Assembly: GCA_044356215.1 (NCBI GenBank)
Contig: JBIKWQ010000007.1
Span: forward strand, 77-64,076
DNA length: 64,000 nt
Direction of reading: 5' to 3'
Origin: Bdellovibrionota bacterium
GTDB lineage: Bacteria > Bdellovibrionota_C > UBA2361 > OMII01
Below are positions 47,503-57,783 of this stretch, one piece after another; position 1 is the first letter of the stretch; every line of letters begins with the position of its first letter. The position numbers and the translations under genes are program-made. Below the pieces are notes generated by a model, which saw nothing but the letters and a program-made list of their open reading frames with translations, did no database searches and was not told the DNA's origin.

Positions 47503-48864
47503 CTACCCTAACCTCTTGACAGTACCCCGATCTACACCAAGCATCTGCGCCGCTCGTAGCTGATTACCCCCGCTCTTTTTTAGCGCCTCTTTAATCATCT
47601 CTCTTTTAAATGCCTCTACCCTCTCGTGGAACGAGGCTCCGCCACCGCCATCCAATGCGCCAGGAGCGCTAACTGCATGAAACGATAGATCATCCATCGC
47701 AATCACGGTTCGCCCTTTAAAGCGCGCTCGATGTGCCGCCGTGACTACAACCCCTATTAGCTCACGTATATTTCCGGGCCACTCCCTGTTACAAAGCGCC
47801 TCCATCAAGGATGACTCGACTCCGAATACATTAATCCCCTCTCGGTCCCTTAGGCTACTTAGAGCGTTCTCAATGATGGCCGGAATATCCTCACGTCGCT
47901 CTCTTAGCGGCGGCAAAGTGATCACGTTACTGGCTAATCGATGGTAAAGGTCCTGTCTGACCAAGCCTTCTTTGAGAGCTTCCCCGATCGGTCTATTGGT
48001 CGCGGCGATAATACGGCTATCGATCTTCTGATACACATCAGAACCAACCGGTCGAATCCGCTGCTCCTGAACGAGATCTAGGAGCAATACTTGAGTATCT
48101 AAAGGCACTGCGTCTAGTTCATCTATAAATAACGTGCCTCCGTTGCCGTCAAGCACAAGGCCCTTGCGGGAATCAACCGCGCCTGTGAATGCACCCTTTG
48201 TGTGACCGAACAGCTCACTCCTCACGATATCACCACCTGCATAATTAGGGTGATAATGAATAAAACGGCGCAGACCACGAGAACTAGCTTGATGTATTAA
48301 TTTCGCTACAAGGCTCTTGCCAGTGCCGGTCTCTCCTAGAAGCAGAACCGGTTGTGTTGTTGACGCGGCAAAGGCAACCTCATCGCGCAATTTAATTACT
48401 GCTGCGCTCACTCCAGAGAGATCGTTATTAACACCTGCCGTCCCCTCTCGCTTAAGCCTCTCGTACTCCCTTTTAAGCTCAGCCTGTATTGTCGCATCTT
48501 TAATTAATGCAGCTAAATGTTCCGGATTAGCGGGCTTCTCGATAAAACTAGCCGCTCCTAGACTCATCGCTTTAACACCATTACTTAACGCGCCGTGTCC
48601 TGTCAGAACCAATACTCGAGCATCAGGAAGGACGCTCTTTATCTGACTTAAGAGCTCAAAACCGCTCTCAACACCAACTCGCTCATCGACACAGAGATCA
48701 AGAACAATAGCCAGGGGTTTTTCGTTACTTATGATCTCGATAGCTTTAGCCGCGCTACTTGATGCTCTAATCTTATACGGCGCTAGCAATCGACCCAGCA
48801 CACGCGCTAAGCTCTCTACTAACTCGCTGTCATCATCTACTAATAAGATATCAGACATCGCCAC
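47503..48864 (-). CDS. sigma-54-dependent response regulator (NtrC/Fis family)
   Basis: Receiver domain, AAA+ sigma-54 activator domain (GETGTGKSLVA, GAFTGA, ESELFGH) and a C-terminal Fis-type HTH. Confidence 0.9.
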   Translation of the reverse strand: MAMSDILLVDDDSELVESLARVLGRLLAPYKIRASSSAAKAIEIISNEKPLAIVLDLCVDERVGVESGFELLSQIKSVLPDARVLVLTGHGALSNGVKAMSLGAASFIEKPANPEHLAALIKDATIQAELKREYERLKREGTAGVNNDLSGVSAAVIKLRDEVAFAASTTQPVLLLGETGTGKSLVAKLIHQASSRGLRRFIHYHPNYAGGDIVRSELFGHTKGAFTGAVDSRKGLVLDGNGGTLFIDELDAVPLDTQVLLLDLVQEQRIRPVGSDVYQKIDSRIIAATNRPIGEALKEGLVRQDLYHRLASNVITLPPLRERREDIPAIIENALSSLRDREGINVFGVESSLMEALCNREWPGNIRELIGVVVTAAHRARFKGRTVIAMDDLSFHAVSAPGALDGGGGASFHERVEAFKREMIKEALKKSGGNQLRAAQMLGVDRGTVKRLG

Positions 48865-49474
48865 TACCTCGGGAAACGCTAATCGTCAAAACCACACTTC
48901 GATCTTCTAGGTCAATTCTTGCAGGCCACTGATGGTCGCGCAAAATAAGATCCGCGACACCCGCATCGACTACAAAACGCTCTCCTAGGATATCGGCGGT
49001 AAAAGCGCTAATCGACGAATAGCTTTTTTTTAAGCCCACATGGTTAGTTACGCGAGCCTCTACTCGCAAGATCGCCAAAGAGTCACCACTATCTGTGACC
49101 TCCACTTGATATCCAGCACCCAAGATATCTCGAACTGCCTTGACTAGACGCTCTAGAAGCCTAGGTGACGCTGTGACAGAAAACGCGTCAAACTCTGGCA
49201 GGAACCTCTTCGCTTCAAAGATCCGCGCTACTTCTGCGAGATTAGTTCTGGCTTTTATTCCAGTATCAACCAACTCACTAACAGCGCTTAAGGTATCGGC
49301 TATCTTATCACAACGAGCCCGTGAAAATTTTATCTCTTCGGAATCAACTAGGGTCGCTACATACGCCAGTTCATTAGTTATCACCGAGAGGTCTCCGCGC
49401 ACCTTGTGAGCCAGTGATCGAAGAATTCTCGCGCAGAGTTCAAGCTCACTATCGTTCTCAGCGATACTACTCAT
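48851..49474 (-). CDS. small histidine-kinase-like protein (H-box phosphoacceptor region, degenerate ATPase region)
   Basis: HisKA-like H-box SLAHKVRGDLSVITNEL. Only about 207 aa, and the G-boxes are not clear. Overlaps the start of the sigma-54 regulator gene. Confidence 0.4.
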   Translation of the reverse strand: MSSIAENDSELELCARILRSLAHKVRGDLSVITNELAYVATLVDSEEIKFSRARCDKIADTLSAVSELVDTGIKARTNLAEVARIFEAKRFLPEFDAFSVTASPRLLERLVKAVRDILGAGYQVEVTDSGDSLAILRVEARVTNHVGLKKSYSSISAFTADILGERFVVDAGVADLILRDHQWPARIDLEDRSVVLTISVSRGSGDV

Positions 49475-49481
49475 GCGACAT

Positions 49482-50909
49482 TCAAGCCCTTATCTTATTA
49501 AAGCCATCTAATGCCGCCACCTTGTAGCACTCAGCTAGTGTCGGATAGTTAAACACAGCGTCCCGTAAATAAGTTAAGCCTCCTTTAAGCGCGATCACCG
49601 CCTGACCGATATGAATCAGCTCTGTGGCGTACTCGCCAATAATATGCACACCTAAGATCTCTAAAGTTTCGCGGTGAAAGAGCAGCTTTAACATTCCGTT
49701 CTCGTCACCTAGAAGCTTACCTCGAGCGATCTCTCTATAACGCGCTATGCCGGTTTCGTACGGAACCCCTTTCTCAGTTAACTCCTCTTCGTTAGCTCCG
49801 ACCAGAGAGATCTCTGGGATGGCGTAGATGCCGTATGGCAACGGCACATCCATTATCTCCTCAATGACTCCAAACGCATGGCACGCAGCTAGCCTTCCCT
49901 GACGCGCCGATGTCGAAGCCAAAGCCGGAAACCCTATAACGTCACCTGCCGCGTAGATGTGCGGCTGAGAAGTTTGAAAGTTATCATTTACGCTTAACTT
50001 GCCCCGTCCATCGATGGCTATTCCAACATTCTCTAACCCGAGCGTCGCTGTAGCGCTTACTCTACCCGCTGAATAAAGCACACAGTCACTAACGATTATC
50101 TTGCCACTCTTTAATGTCGTGACGACCTGATTATCCTGGCGAGTAGCGCAACTCGCCACCTCCTCACCTAATCTAAGGCGAACATCCATGTCACGCATCT
50201 GGAAGCTAAAGTTCTCGATAATCTCCTCATCAACAAAACCTAGGAGCCGTTTCCGTTGATCGACTATCGTCACATTCACCCCAAGGGCAGCGAACATAGA
50301 CCCGTACTCAGTGCCGATTACACCACCACCGACCACAACTATCTCTCGTGGCAATTTCTTTAGTCCAAGAACATCATCGCTATCAAAGATACTCTGTGAG
50401 TCGAACGCGATATTCGGTGGGCGATATGGCGATGCTCCTACCGCGATAACGAACTTCTCCGCCGTTTTTCTTAGGGCTCCCTTAGATGATGAGATCTCAA
50501 CTGTGTGGGGGTCGATAAAGCTCGCGTGGCCATAGATCGTATCTACCTTATTGCGATTTAGCTGGTTCTTTATAACTTCAACCTCTAGCTGCATAATCTT
50601 GTTACAGCGCAGGGTCAGATCGGCCATGCTTATATCAGCTTTAACTTGATAACCCGCTCCATAAATGTGTCGCTGTCTAAAGCCGGTGAGGTAAAGGACC
50701 GCCTCTTTAAATGATTTGCTCGGTATTGTTCCGGTGTTCACACAGACGCCGCCTACAACCTCGCGCTTGTCGATAATAGCCACTCGCTTTCGTAGCTTAG
50801 CCGCTTGCACTGCTGCCCGCTGCCCAGCCGGTCCACTGCCGATGACGATCATGTCATAATCATAGCCGTTAGAGGCGCCAAGTGATGGCTCAAAGTTGGG
50901 CCTATCCAT
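49482..50909 (-). CDS. sthA: soluble pyridine nucleotide transhydrogenase / FAD-dependent pyridine nucleotide-disulfide oxidoreductase (SthA-like)
   Basis: FAD-binding GSGPAG, a single-Cys GGVCVNTGTIPSK motif as in SthA rather than the lipoamide dehydrogenase CxxxxC, and a C-terminal dimerisation domain. Confidence 0.65.
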   Translation of the reverse strand: MDRPNFEPSLGASNGYDYDMIVIGSGPAGQRAAVQAAKLRKRVAIIDKREVVGGVCVNTGTIPSKSFKEAVLYLTGFRQRHIYGAGYQVKADISMADLTLRCNKIMQLEVEVIKNQLNRNKVDTIYGHASFIDPHTVEISSSKGALRKTAEKFVIAVGASPYRPPNIAFDSQSIFDSDDVLGLKKLPREIVVVGGGVIGTEYGSMFAALGVNVTIVDQRKRLLGFVDEEIIENFSFQMRDMDVRLRLGEEVASCATRQDNQVVTTLKSGKIIVSDCVLYSAGRVSATATLGLENVGIAIDGRGKLSVNDNFQTSQPHIYAAGDVIGFPALASTSARQGRLAACHAFGVIEEIMDVPLPYGIYAIPEISLVGANEEELTEKGVPYETGIARYREIARGKLLGDENGMLKLLFHRETLEILGVHIIGEYATELIHIGQAVIALKGGLTYLRDAVFNYPTLAECYKVAALDGFNKIRA

Positions 50910-51004
50910 GATTGATTCCTAGCTCGTTAGATGCTTTAGTGATGGAATATAGAGCGCAGCAATACGCTGCGCTAACTAATTGATTAGATTCCATATTTTT
51001 ACCT

Positions 51005-51346
51005 ATGATCTCAGAAGACGATGTTGAGAAGCTAGCCTCCCTGTCGCGTCTAGAGCTAGACCCTACCATGAAACGGGTCGTAACCGGACAATTAAATTCA
51101 ATCCTTGAATACGTTAAACAGCTAGATGGCGTTGATACATCAAATGTGGCTGCCATGAGCCACACCCACGAAGCAATAAACGTGCTGCGCGAGGATGAGG
51201 TCGTGGCGGTTGGAGCTCAACCAGATTCCACTCCTTTAGGAGATCCAGTCATTAAGAAGCAATCGATGCTTAGCGCGGCGGATATGCTTAGCAACGCGCC
51301 TGATCGCTCCGGAACGTTTATCCGCGTTCCTCTTATCGTTGAATAG
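51005..51346 (+). CDS. gatC: Asp/Glu-tRNA(Asn/Gln) amidotransferase subunit C
   Basis: GatC-like N-terminus (VEKLASLSRLELD...) directly upstream of gatA. Confidence 0.8.
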   Translation: MISEDDVEKLASLSRLELDPTMKRVVTGQLNSILEYVKQLDGVDTSNVAAMSHTHEAINVLREDEVVAVGAQPDSTPLGDPVIKKQSMLSAADMLSNAPDRSGTFIRVPLIVE

Positions 51347-51376
51347 TTGTCACCCGAAATTTAAAGAAGAGATTTT

Positions 51377-52840
51377 ATGAGCTCCCTAACATCACTCTCA
51401 GTTCACGAAATTCGTGAAGGGTTAAAGGCAAAGAAGTTCTCGTGCGTTGAGTTAACCCAAGCTTCTCTCAAGCTAGCTAAGGACCTAGCTAAACTTAACT
51501 GCTTTATTCAGCTATCCGAAGAGTCCGCGCTTAAAAACGCCGCGGCCGTTGACTCTTTAATCCAAGCCGGAAAAGACGCTCCCCTACTTGGAGTCCCAGT
51601 TGGCATCAAGGACGTGATCTGCACCAAGGGGGTGAGAACAACGGCGGGGAGTAAGATCCTTGAGAACTTCATCCCTCCATACGATGCGACTGTTACACGA
51701 AAGATGATCACTGCCGGAACCGTTTCAATCGGAAAATTGAACATGGATGAATTCGCAATGGGTTCCTCTAACGAGAACTCAGCGTACGGACCTGTAGGAA
51801 ACCCGTGGAACCCTGATTATGTACCGGGAGGGTCCAGCGGTGGGTCCGCCGCGGCAGTTGCCGCTGGGATCTGCCCGATTACTTTAGGCACCGATACTGG
51901 TGGATCGATCCGTCAACCCGCGGCTTTCTGCGGAATCGTCGGTCTTAAACCAACTTACGGACGTGTCAGTCGATATGGAGTGATCGCTTACGCGTCATCA
52001 CTCGATCAAGTCGGCGCATTCGCCCGAAACGTGCGCGATTGCGCTCTCGCGACTCAAGCGATCTGCGGAATAGATCCAAACGATGCCACCTCAGTTGATA
52101 AAGAGGTACCAAATTTTGAGGCGTCTCTTGGCCGTTCGATCAAAGGGCTACGTGTAGGCATCCCGAAAGAGTACTTTATCGATGGGCTATCACCTGATGT
52201 TAAGAGAGCTACATCAGAGGCGCTTAAAACTCTTGAGGGCCTGGGAGCTATACCCGTTGAGATCTCACTTCCTCACACAGAGCTCGCTGTATCGGTGTAT
52301 TACATCCTCGCCCCCGCGGAGGCATCATCAAACCTCGCTCGGTTTGATGGCATTCGCTACGGGCACCGCGCCAAGGGAGATCTGGACCTCAAAGAGTTGT
52401 ATTGCAAATCGCGAAGTGAGGGATTCGGCCGTGAAGTTCAGCGCCGTATCTTGATAGGCGCTTACGTTCTCTCCTCAGGATTTTACGACGCCTTCTACGT
52501 TAAAGCTCAAAAGGTGCGTTCTTTGATCGTTAAGGATTTCAGTGACGCGTTTAAGGATCATTGCGACGTGATAGTTTCGCCAACTACCCCCACTCCTCCT
52601 TTTAAGATAGGAGAAAAAGTAAGCGATCCTCTAACTATGTACCTCAACGATCTCTTCACGATTCCGGTTAACTTAGCTGGGCTACCAGGAATTAGCCTAC
52701 CGTGTGGATTCTCTGACAATGGATTACCTATCGGCTTACAGCTTATCGGAAAGCCGTGGGATGAGGCGACTCTCTTTCAGGTGGCATCCGCATTTGAAGG
52801 GGCGACTACATGGCACACACGCTCTCCGGAGATAAATTAA
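51377..52840 (+). CDS. gatA: Asp/Glu-tRNA(Asn/Gln) amidotransferase subunit A
   Basis: Amidase signature ([12 protein letters not shown]) and GatA similarity. 487 aa. Confidence 0.95.
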   Translation: MSSLTSLSVHEIREGLKAKKFSCVELTQASLKLAKDLAKLNCFIQLSEESALKNAAAVDSLIQAGKDAPLLGVPVGIKDVICTKGVRTTAGSKILENFIPPYDATVTRKMITAGTVSIGKLNMDEFAMGSSNENSAYGPVGNPWNPDYVPGGSSGGSAAAVAAGICPITLGTDTGGSIRQPAAFCGIVGLKPTYGRVSRYGVIAYASSLDQVGAFARNVRDCALATQAICGIDPNDATSVDKEVPNFEASLGRSIKGLRVGIPKEYFIDGLSPDVKRATSEALKTLEGLGAIPVEISLPHTELAVSVYYILAPAEASSNLARFDGIRYGHRAKGDLDLKELYCKSRSEGFGREVQRRILIGAYVLSSGFYDAFYVKAQKVRSLIVKDFSDAFKDHCDVIVSPTTPTPPFKIGEKVSDPLTMYLNDLFTIPVNLAGLPGISLPCGFSDNGLPIGLQLIGKPWDEATLFQVASAFEGATTWHTRSPEIN

Positions 52841-52876
52841 AGCTCAAGAAACTTTTGCTTAGGAGCATCAAAGATC

Positions 52877-54316
52877 ATGGATTACGAAACCGTCATCGGA
52901 CTTGAAGTTCACGTTCAGCTATCAACACACTCAAAGATCTTCTCAAACGCATCCGCTGCTTACGGCGGTGAGCCAAATGAGTTTATCGACCCTGTTACCC
53001 TTGGATTGCCAGGGGCGTTGCCAGTAACGAACAAGCGAGCTGTTGAGTTCGCGATTATGTTAGGACTCGCCACCAATTGCGAGATCCGCCGCTTTAATCG
53101 CTTTGCGCGCAAGCACTACTTCTACCCAGATCTACCTAAAGGTTACCAGATCTCTCAATTTGATGAGCCGATCTGCGAGCGTGGCAGCGTTGAGTTCATG
53201 ATTAATGACGTTAAGCGGGTTGTTGGGTTAAAGCGTATCCACATGGAGGAGGACGCCGGCAAAAATATTCACGATAGCCGAACGAACTCATCTTTAGTTG
53301 ATCTTAACCGCGCCGGTGTGCCACTTCTTGAGGTTGTTTCTGAGCCTGAGATCCGCTCTCCGGCTGAGGCAGCCGCGTATCTGCGCGCGATTAGGCAGCT
53401 CGTTAGATACCTAAACATCAGCGACGGAAACATGGAGGAAGGTAGCCTTCGGTGCGACGCTAATATCTCACTACGCCCAGTTGGAGAGATGAAATTTGGA
53501 ACCCGCACAGAGATAAAGAACCTAAACTCATTTAAGTTTGTTGAGCGCGCTCTGGAGTATGAGATCGCCAGACAAACGGGTGTCCTCCGCTCTGGTCAGG
53601 AGGTTCAGCAGCAAACTCTACTTTTTGACAGCGTCACAGGCACGACTCGTCCAATGCGTTCGAAGGAAGAGAGCGCTGACTACAGATACTTCCCAGATCC
53701 AGACCTTCCACCGGTTGTGGTTGAGGAGAGTTGGATCCGTGAAGTTCAGCGCACATTGCCTAAGCTACCATCTCAATGGGCTAACGAGCTGGTCTCTGAG
53801 TTCGGGCTATCGATGTACGACGCGACAGTGCTGACTACAGAGCGCGCGTCGGTTGAGTACTTTCATCAGGTAGTTTCCGCTGTTGGCAACGCCAAGGCAG
53901 CTTGTAACTGGGTAACATCTGAGCTCTTCGGAATGCTAAATAAGGTCGGGCTCTCGATTGAGCAGTCCCCTGTCTCAGCTAAGGACCTAGGAGAGCTGAT
54001 TAGACTTGTAGAGACCGATGTAATCTCCGGCAAGATCGCCAAGGGTGTCTTCGAGGAGATGTTTAGCACTTCAAAAGATCCTAACGCGATCATACAAGAG
54101 AAGGGCTTAAAGCAGCTAAGTAACGATGACGACATCATCAAGGTTATTAAGGCTGAATTCGACGCCAATCCCGAACAGCTAGCGGGCTATTTAGGGGGCA
54201 ATGAGAGGCTTCACGGATTCTTCGTCGGTCAGGTCATGAAGGCCACCGGCGGACAAGCGAATCCGAAGAAGGTAAATGAGCTAATCCGCAAAGAAGCTGC
54301 CGCGAGGAAGAGCTAA
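52877..54316 (+). CDS. gatB: Asp/Glu-tRNA(Asn/Gln) amidotransferase subunit B
   Basis: GatB similarity throughout, with a C-terminal YqeY/GatB domain. 479 aa. Confidence 0.95.
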   Translation: MDYETVIGLEVHVQLSTHSKIFSNASAAYGGEPNEFIDPVTLGLPGALPVTNKRAVEFAIMLGLATNCEIRRFNRFARKHYFYPDLPKGYQISQFDEPICERGSVEFMINDVKRVVGLKRIHMEEDAGKNIHDSRTNSSLVDLNRAGVPLLEVVSEPEIRSPAEAAAYLRAIRQLVRYLNISDGNMEEGSLRCDANISLRPVGEMKFGTRTEIKNLNSFKFVERALEYEIARQTGVLRSGQEVQQQTLLFDSVTGTTRPMRSKEESADYRYFPDPDLPPVVVEESWIREVQRTLPKLPSQWANELVSEFGLSMYDATVLTTERASVEYFHQVVSAVGNAKAACNWVTSELFGMLNKVGLSIEQSPVSAKDLGELIRLVETDVISGKIAKGVFEEMFSTSKDPNAIIQEKGLKQLSNDDDIIKVIKAEFDANPEQLAGYLGGNERLHGFFVGQVMKATGGQANPKKVNELIRKEAAARKS

Positions 54317-54331
54317 TCCGTAGGCCAGTCG

Positions 54332-54625
54332 GTGAAAGACTATCTAAACATAGATCAGGTGACACTAGATCATATGAGGAGCTTAGCCGTTAGGCTGGAT
54401 CCGGGTACGCTAGCTTTTTATCTGCGAGTTCCGCGCAACCAGGTCGTGTTAATTCAGGCTTATTTTGAGCTGTATGATGGAGTAGGCACCGTTCGCACCT
54501 TCGCGGGAAATGAGCCGGTGCTTTGCGTTATGACGACTGACGGAATGCTAGACGATTGCATCGGGACATTAATGGCGCTTCGGGAGGAGGTTAGTTGGGA
54601 GATTACGGGGTCAATCCCTAAATAA
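54332..54625 (+). CDS. hypothetical small protein (97 aa) whose last codons and stop lie inside repeat B2
   Basis: ORF 16 bp after gatB. Its C-terminal GSIPK and TAA stop are encoded by the left inverted repeat of family-B element B2. Confidence 0.4.
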   Translation: MKDYLNIDQVTLDHMRSLAVRLDPGTLAFYLRVPRNQVVLIQAYFELYDGVGTVRTFAGNEPVLCVMTTDGMLDDCIGTLMALREEVSWEITGSIPK

Positions 54626-54799
54626 GCTTTACAGTATTTCCCGCGTGCTCGTGCTCGTAAACGAGAAACGTACCCGAATTAAGGGTCCTGCAGAAGCCGA
54701 GCTAAGATGTCAGAAGTGGCAAATCGGGTACGTTTACGAGCAAGTGCACGAGCACGTTCACGTGGGATTGACCATGTAAAGTTTATTTAGGGACTGACC
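54609..54799. repeat. MITE-like palindromic repeat, family B, copy B2 (191 bp)
   Basis: 25-bp terminal inverted repeats GGTCAATCCCTAAATAAGCTTTACA / TGTAAAGTTTATTTAGGGACTGACC. Internal inverted repeats CGTGCTCGTGCTCGTAAACG / CGTTTACGAGCAAGTGCACGAGCACG. Confidence 0.75.
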
Positions 54800-54903
54800 A
54801 TCTCAGCTCGGCTACTGCGTGACCCGTTCACGTGCTCCCCCCAAATAAAAATCCTCCCTTCCCCCCTGTCCCAACCCTTAAAAACTAGGTAAAACTACCC
54901 GTT

Positions 54904-56832
54904 ATGATAAAACTAATTCATCGCTACAATAAGGTCATCACTTACGTTTTTCTCTTCATCGCTGTCTGCTTTATGTTCAGCGGCGTTGGGCTCGATATCC
55001 TTCACAACGGCGGAAGCTCAGAGCGTTATGCTATCAAGGTCAACGACAAAGAGGTCTCACCTCTCGAGTTTGAGCGAGCTAAAGAGAATCTCACTGAGCG
55101 TTACCGCAGGATGTTTGGCGACAAGTTCGACTCAATCAGCAAAACTTTAAATTTAAATATCTCTGAGCAAACGATCGACTCAATCGTTGACTCAAACCTC
55201 CTGTCACAAGAAGCCGACAAATGGGGTATGGCGGGTAGCGATGACGCCGTCAACAAGTACCTCGTTACAAAGATATTCGCCGGCCAGGAGATCTCCAAGG
55301 ATTCTATCCGCATGATGCTGCAGAATCTAGGAATGAACTACAAGCAGTTCAGCGCGGAAGTAAAGAACGAGATTAGTCGCGGAACCTTTAGCGATCTCTT
55401 AAGGGACGTTTACTTTGTAAGTGATCGCGATGTATCAGCCAAGTACATCAGACAAGAGACCGCCTTCTCATTGCAGGCAGCGACGGTACCTCTTAATAAG
55501 TTCGATTCACAGATAGCTAATCCATCAGACCAAGCACTTCAAGCGATTTACAATGAGACAGCGACAAATTACGAACTACCAGCTCGTGTTTCTTACGAGT
55601 ATCTAGCCTTTTCAGCGAAAGATTTCGCGAAAGATGTGCCGGTAACAACACAGGATGTCGAGCTCTACTACACAGAGAATCCATCAAAGTTTAAAACTCC
55701 TGACCAGGCTAAGATTAAGTCGATCACCCTCCTATATCCAAAAGAGAGCGACCCAAAAGCTATGGCTGATGTAAAAGCCAAGGCCAAGACCGCACACGAA
55801 GAGGCATTAAGTGGTAAGCCCTTTCCCGATTTAGTGCAGAAGTATTCAGATGACATACCAACCAAGCTAGCTGGCGGCAGCAAGGGTTGGGTAGAGCGCG
55901 GCAAAGGCTCGAAGGCTTTTGATAAGGCTGTATTTTCCACCCAAGCGGGACAGGTGGCCGAGCTTATCGAGTCCAACACCGGCTACGAGATAGTTCTTGT
56001 CGAGGAGAAGAAGGAGGCTGGTCAGAAGCCGTTCGCTGAGGTCAAACAGGAGATTGAGAATCTGATTCGGAACCGTGAGGCCCCAGCATTCGCCGCGGCC
56101 AAAGCTCAGGAAGTTGTTACTGAGGTCCGCAAAGGCTCTGGCACCCTCGCAGCGATAGCTTCATCAAAGGGACTGCCAGCTCCTAAGGTTGTAAACTTGG
56201 GCTCACGAGATCAAGATCCGGATCCGCTCTTAACTGGCTTAACTCAGAAAGCCCTTCAATTACCCGCCGGAGATCGTTTAATAGCCACAACGGTAGATAT
56301 TGGCGACGCGACAGTAGCCATGCATGTTAAGGAGTTTAAGGAACCAACTATTCAACCTCTAAGTGAGGTTAAGGGTGCGGTAATCGCAGCTTACCGGGCG
56401 CGCGAGGCTCTTAAGCTAGCCGAGAAGCAGGCAAATGATCTACTTGAGATCGTAAAGAAGGAACCAAATACCTTTGAGTCAGCCGCCAAGGAGCGTGGAT
56501 TAACCGTTTCAGCACCGTTTGATATTACACGCGCTAAGCCAACAAATGATAAATTCGCGGACCTTTCAACTGAGATATCTAATGACGCTTTCAATTCAAG
56601 TGTTACCCCACGCGCGCTAGGTCGCGCTTTCAAGGGAACTAATGGATACACAGTGGCAGTGGTTACTAAGGTAACCAAGCCCGATCCAAAGTCGCCAAGC
56701 GCTGTTGAGGCCCTTAAAAAGTACCGCGATGAATCGACACAGAAACAGGAGCAGGAAGCTCTGGTAGCGACGATAGCATTACTTAAGTCGCGCTCTGATA
56801 TCGATATTGATAAGGGGCTGATGGCGAGGTAG
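54904..56832 (+). CDS. ppiD: periplasmic chaperone / peptidyl-prolyl cis-trans isomerase, PpiD/SurA family
   Basis: N-terminal membrane anchor, SurA_N-like domain and a parvulin-type PPIase region. 642 aa. Confidence 0.75.
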   Translation: MIKLIHRYNKVITYVFLFIAVCFMFSGVGLDILHNGGSSERYAIKVNDKEVSPLEFERAKENLTERYRRMFGDKFDSISKTLNLNISEQTIDSIVDSNLLSQEADKWGMAGSDDAVNKYLVTKIFAGQEISKDSIRMMLQNLGMNYKQFSAEVKNEISRGTFSDLLRDVYFVSDRDVSAKYIRQETAFSLQAATVPLNKFDSQIANPSDQALQAIYNETATNYELPARVSYEYLAFSAKDFAKDVPVTTQDVELYYTENPSKFKTPDQAKIKSITLLYPKESDPKAMADVKAKAKTAHEEALSGKPFPDLVQKYSDDIPTKLAGGSKGWVERGKGSKAFDKAVFSTQAGQVAELIESNTGYEIVLVEEKKEAGQKPFAEVKQEIENLIRNREAPAFAAAKAQEVVTEVRKGSGTLAAIASSKGLPAPKVVNLGSRDQDPDPLLTGLTQKALQLPAGDRLIATTVDIGDATVAMHVKEFKEPTIQPLSEVKGAVIAAYRAREALKLAEKQANDLLEIVKKEPNTFESAAKERGLTVSAPFDITRAKPTNDKFADLSTEISNDAFNSSVTPRALGRAFKGTNGYTVAVVTKVTKPDPKSPSAVEALKKYRDESTQKQEQEALVATIALLKSRSDIDIDKGLMAR

Positions 56833-56980
56833 GGAAACCCAACTCGGGGGTAAGATGCTGGGTAGGGTTGTGGTAGAGATAGAGTTTGCATATAGCAGCC
56901 GTAAACGCAAACGTCCGTCGTGCACCTGCTCGCGCACGAAAACCTGAAACGCTTATATCGACTACGCACTTAGTTTTATT

Positions 56981-57412
56981 TCCACCGCAGGGGACGCGGG
57001 ATCGGATATCGAGAATGTGACCCTTTGCTAGTAATCCAGACACCCCCTCCTCGTCCTCCGCGTCCTCTGTGTTAAAAAAATATCCGCTACATCACTGAAG
57101 TACTCCTCAGCGAATCACGATCGCAGCTCGCAATTACCAAACTTAGCTTTCTCAAGAGCCTGAACTTTTTATTTTACCGCAAAGGACGCAAAGGACACAA
57201 AGTTCGCTTTATGTAGCGGCGAAGATTCCGCTCTCAGTATTTTTATTCTCAACGCTGAGTACGCAGAGGACGCGAAGCCGGATATCGGCCATTCGACCCG
57301 TCACTAAAGATCCAGACACCTCCTCCTTTGTGTCCTTTGGGTCCTCTGTGTTAAAAAAATACCTGCTGCAGTACTCAAGTACCCCCCAGCGAATCACGAT
57401 CTCCGATCGGAA
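56981..57412. repeat. block of two degenerate tandem units (period about 275-280 bp) related to family A
   Basis: Repeated segments GACGCGGGATCGGATATCG / GACGCGAAGCCGGATATCGG, ATCCAGACACC(C)CTCCTC, GTCCTCTGTGTTAAAAAAATA and GCGAATCACGATC. Inverted arms ACCGCAAAGGACGCAAAGGACACAAAG / CTTTGTGTCCTTTGGGTCCTCTGTG resemble the family-A hairpin. Confidence 0.6.
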
Positions 57413-57783
57413 TCACAATCCTCGTAGTTCTCCCCTTTCCTTAAGCCTGTACGACTATCCCAGAATAAATTCTACATCGAGGTAGCGGAGGGCCACGGCG
57501 AGATGGATCCCGATGACATAAGCGAAGGAAGCCCCACCACGGCCCTCCTCTACCTATCTAAGAACACATTTACACAGCCTGTGTGACTGTGTATAATCCT
57601 CAAAATGGCAGTTGCGGGTCCCAAAGCGGCGCATCTGGCTAAAATCACTGCGGCTTTTGAATTTTCGGTGCTCACCCTGACGGTGCCAGGGTTGCGCGCC
57701 GAGAATTTCAAAATCTCTTGTGCTTTTAACCAGCTGCACCATTTTGGTCCGCCTTAACTGCCGTTTTTAGGATACTATGCCTT

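Noticed and set aside
56850-57450. Tandem repeats in the ppiD-vapB gap as a possible CRISPR array.
   Set aside because: There are only two long units (about 150 bp, period about 275 bp), with no short regular repeat-spacer periodicity and no cas genes.
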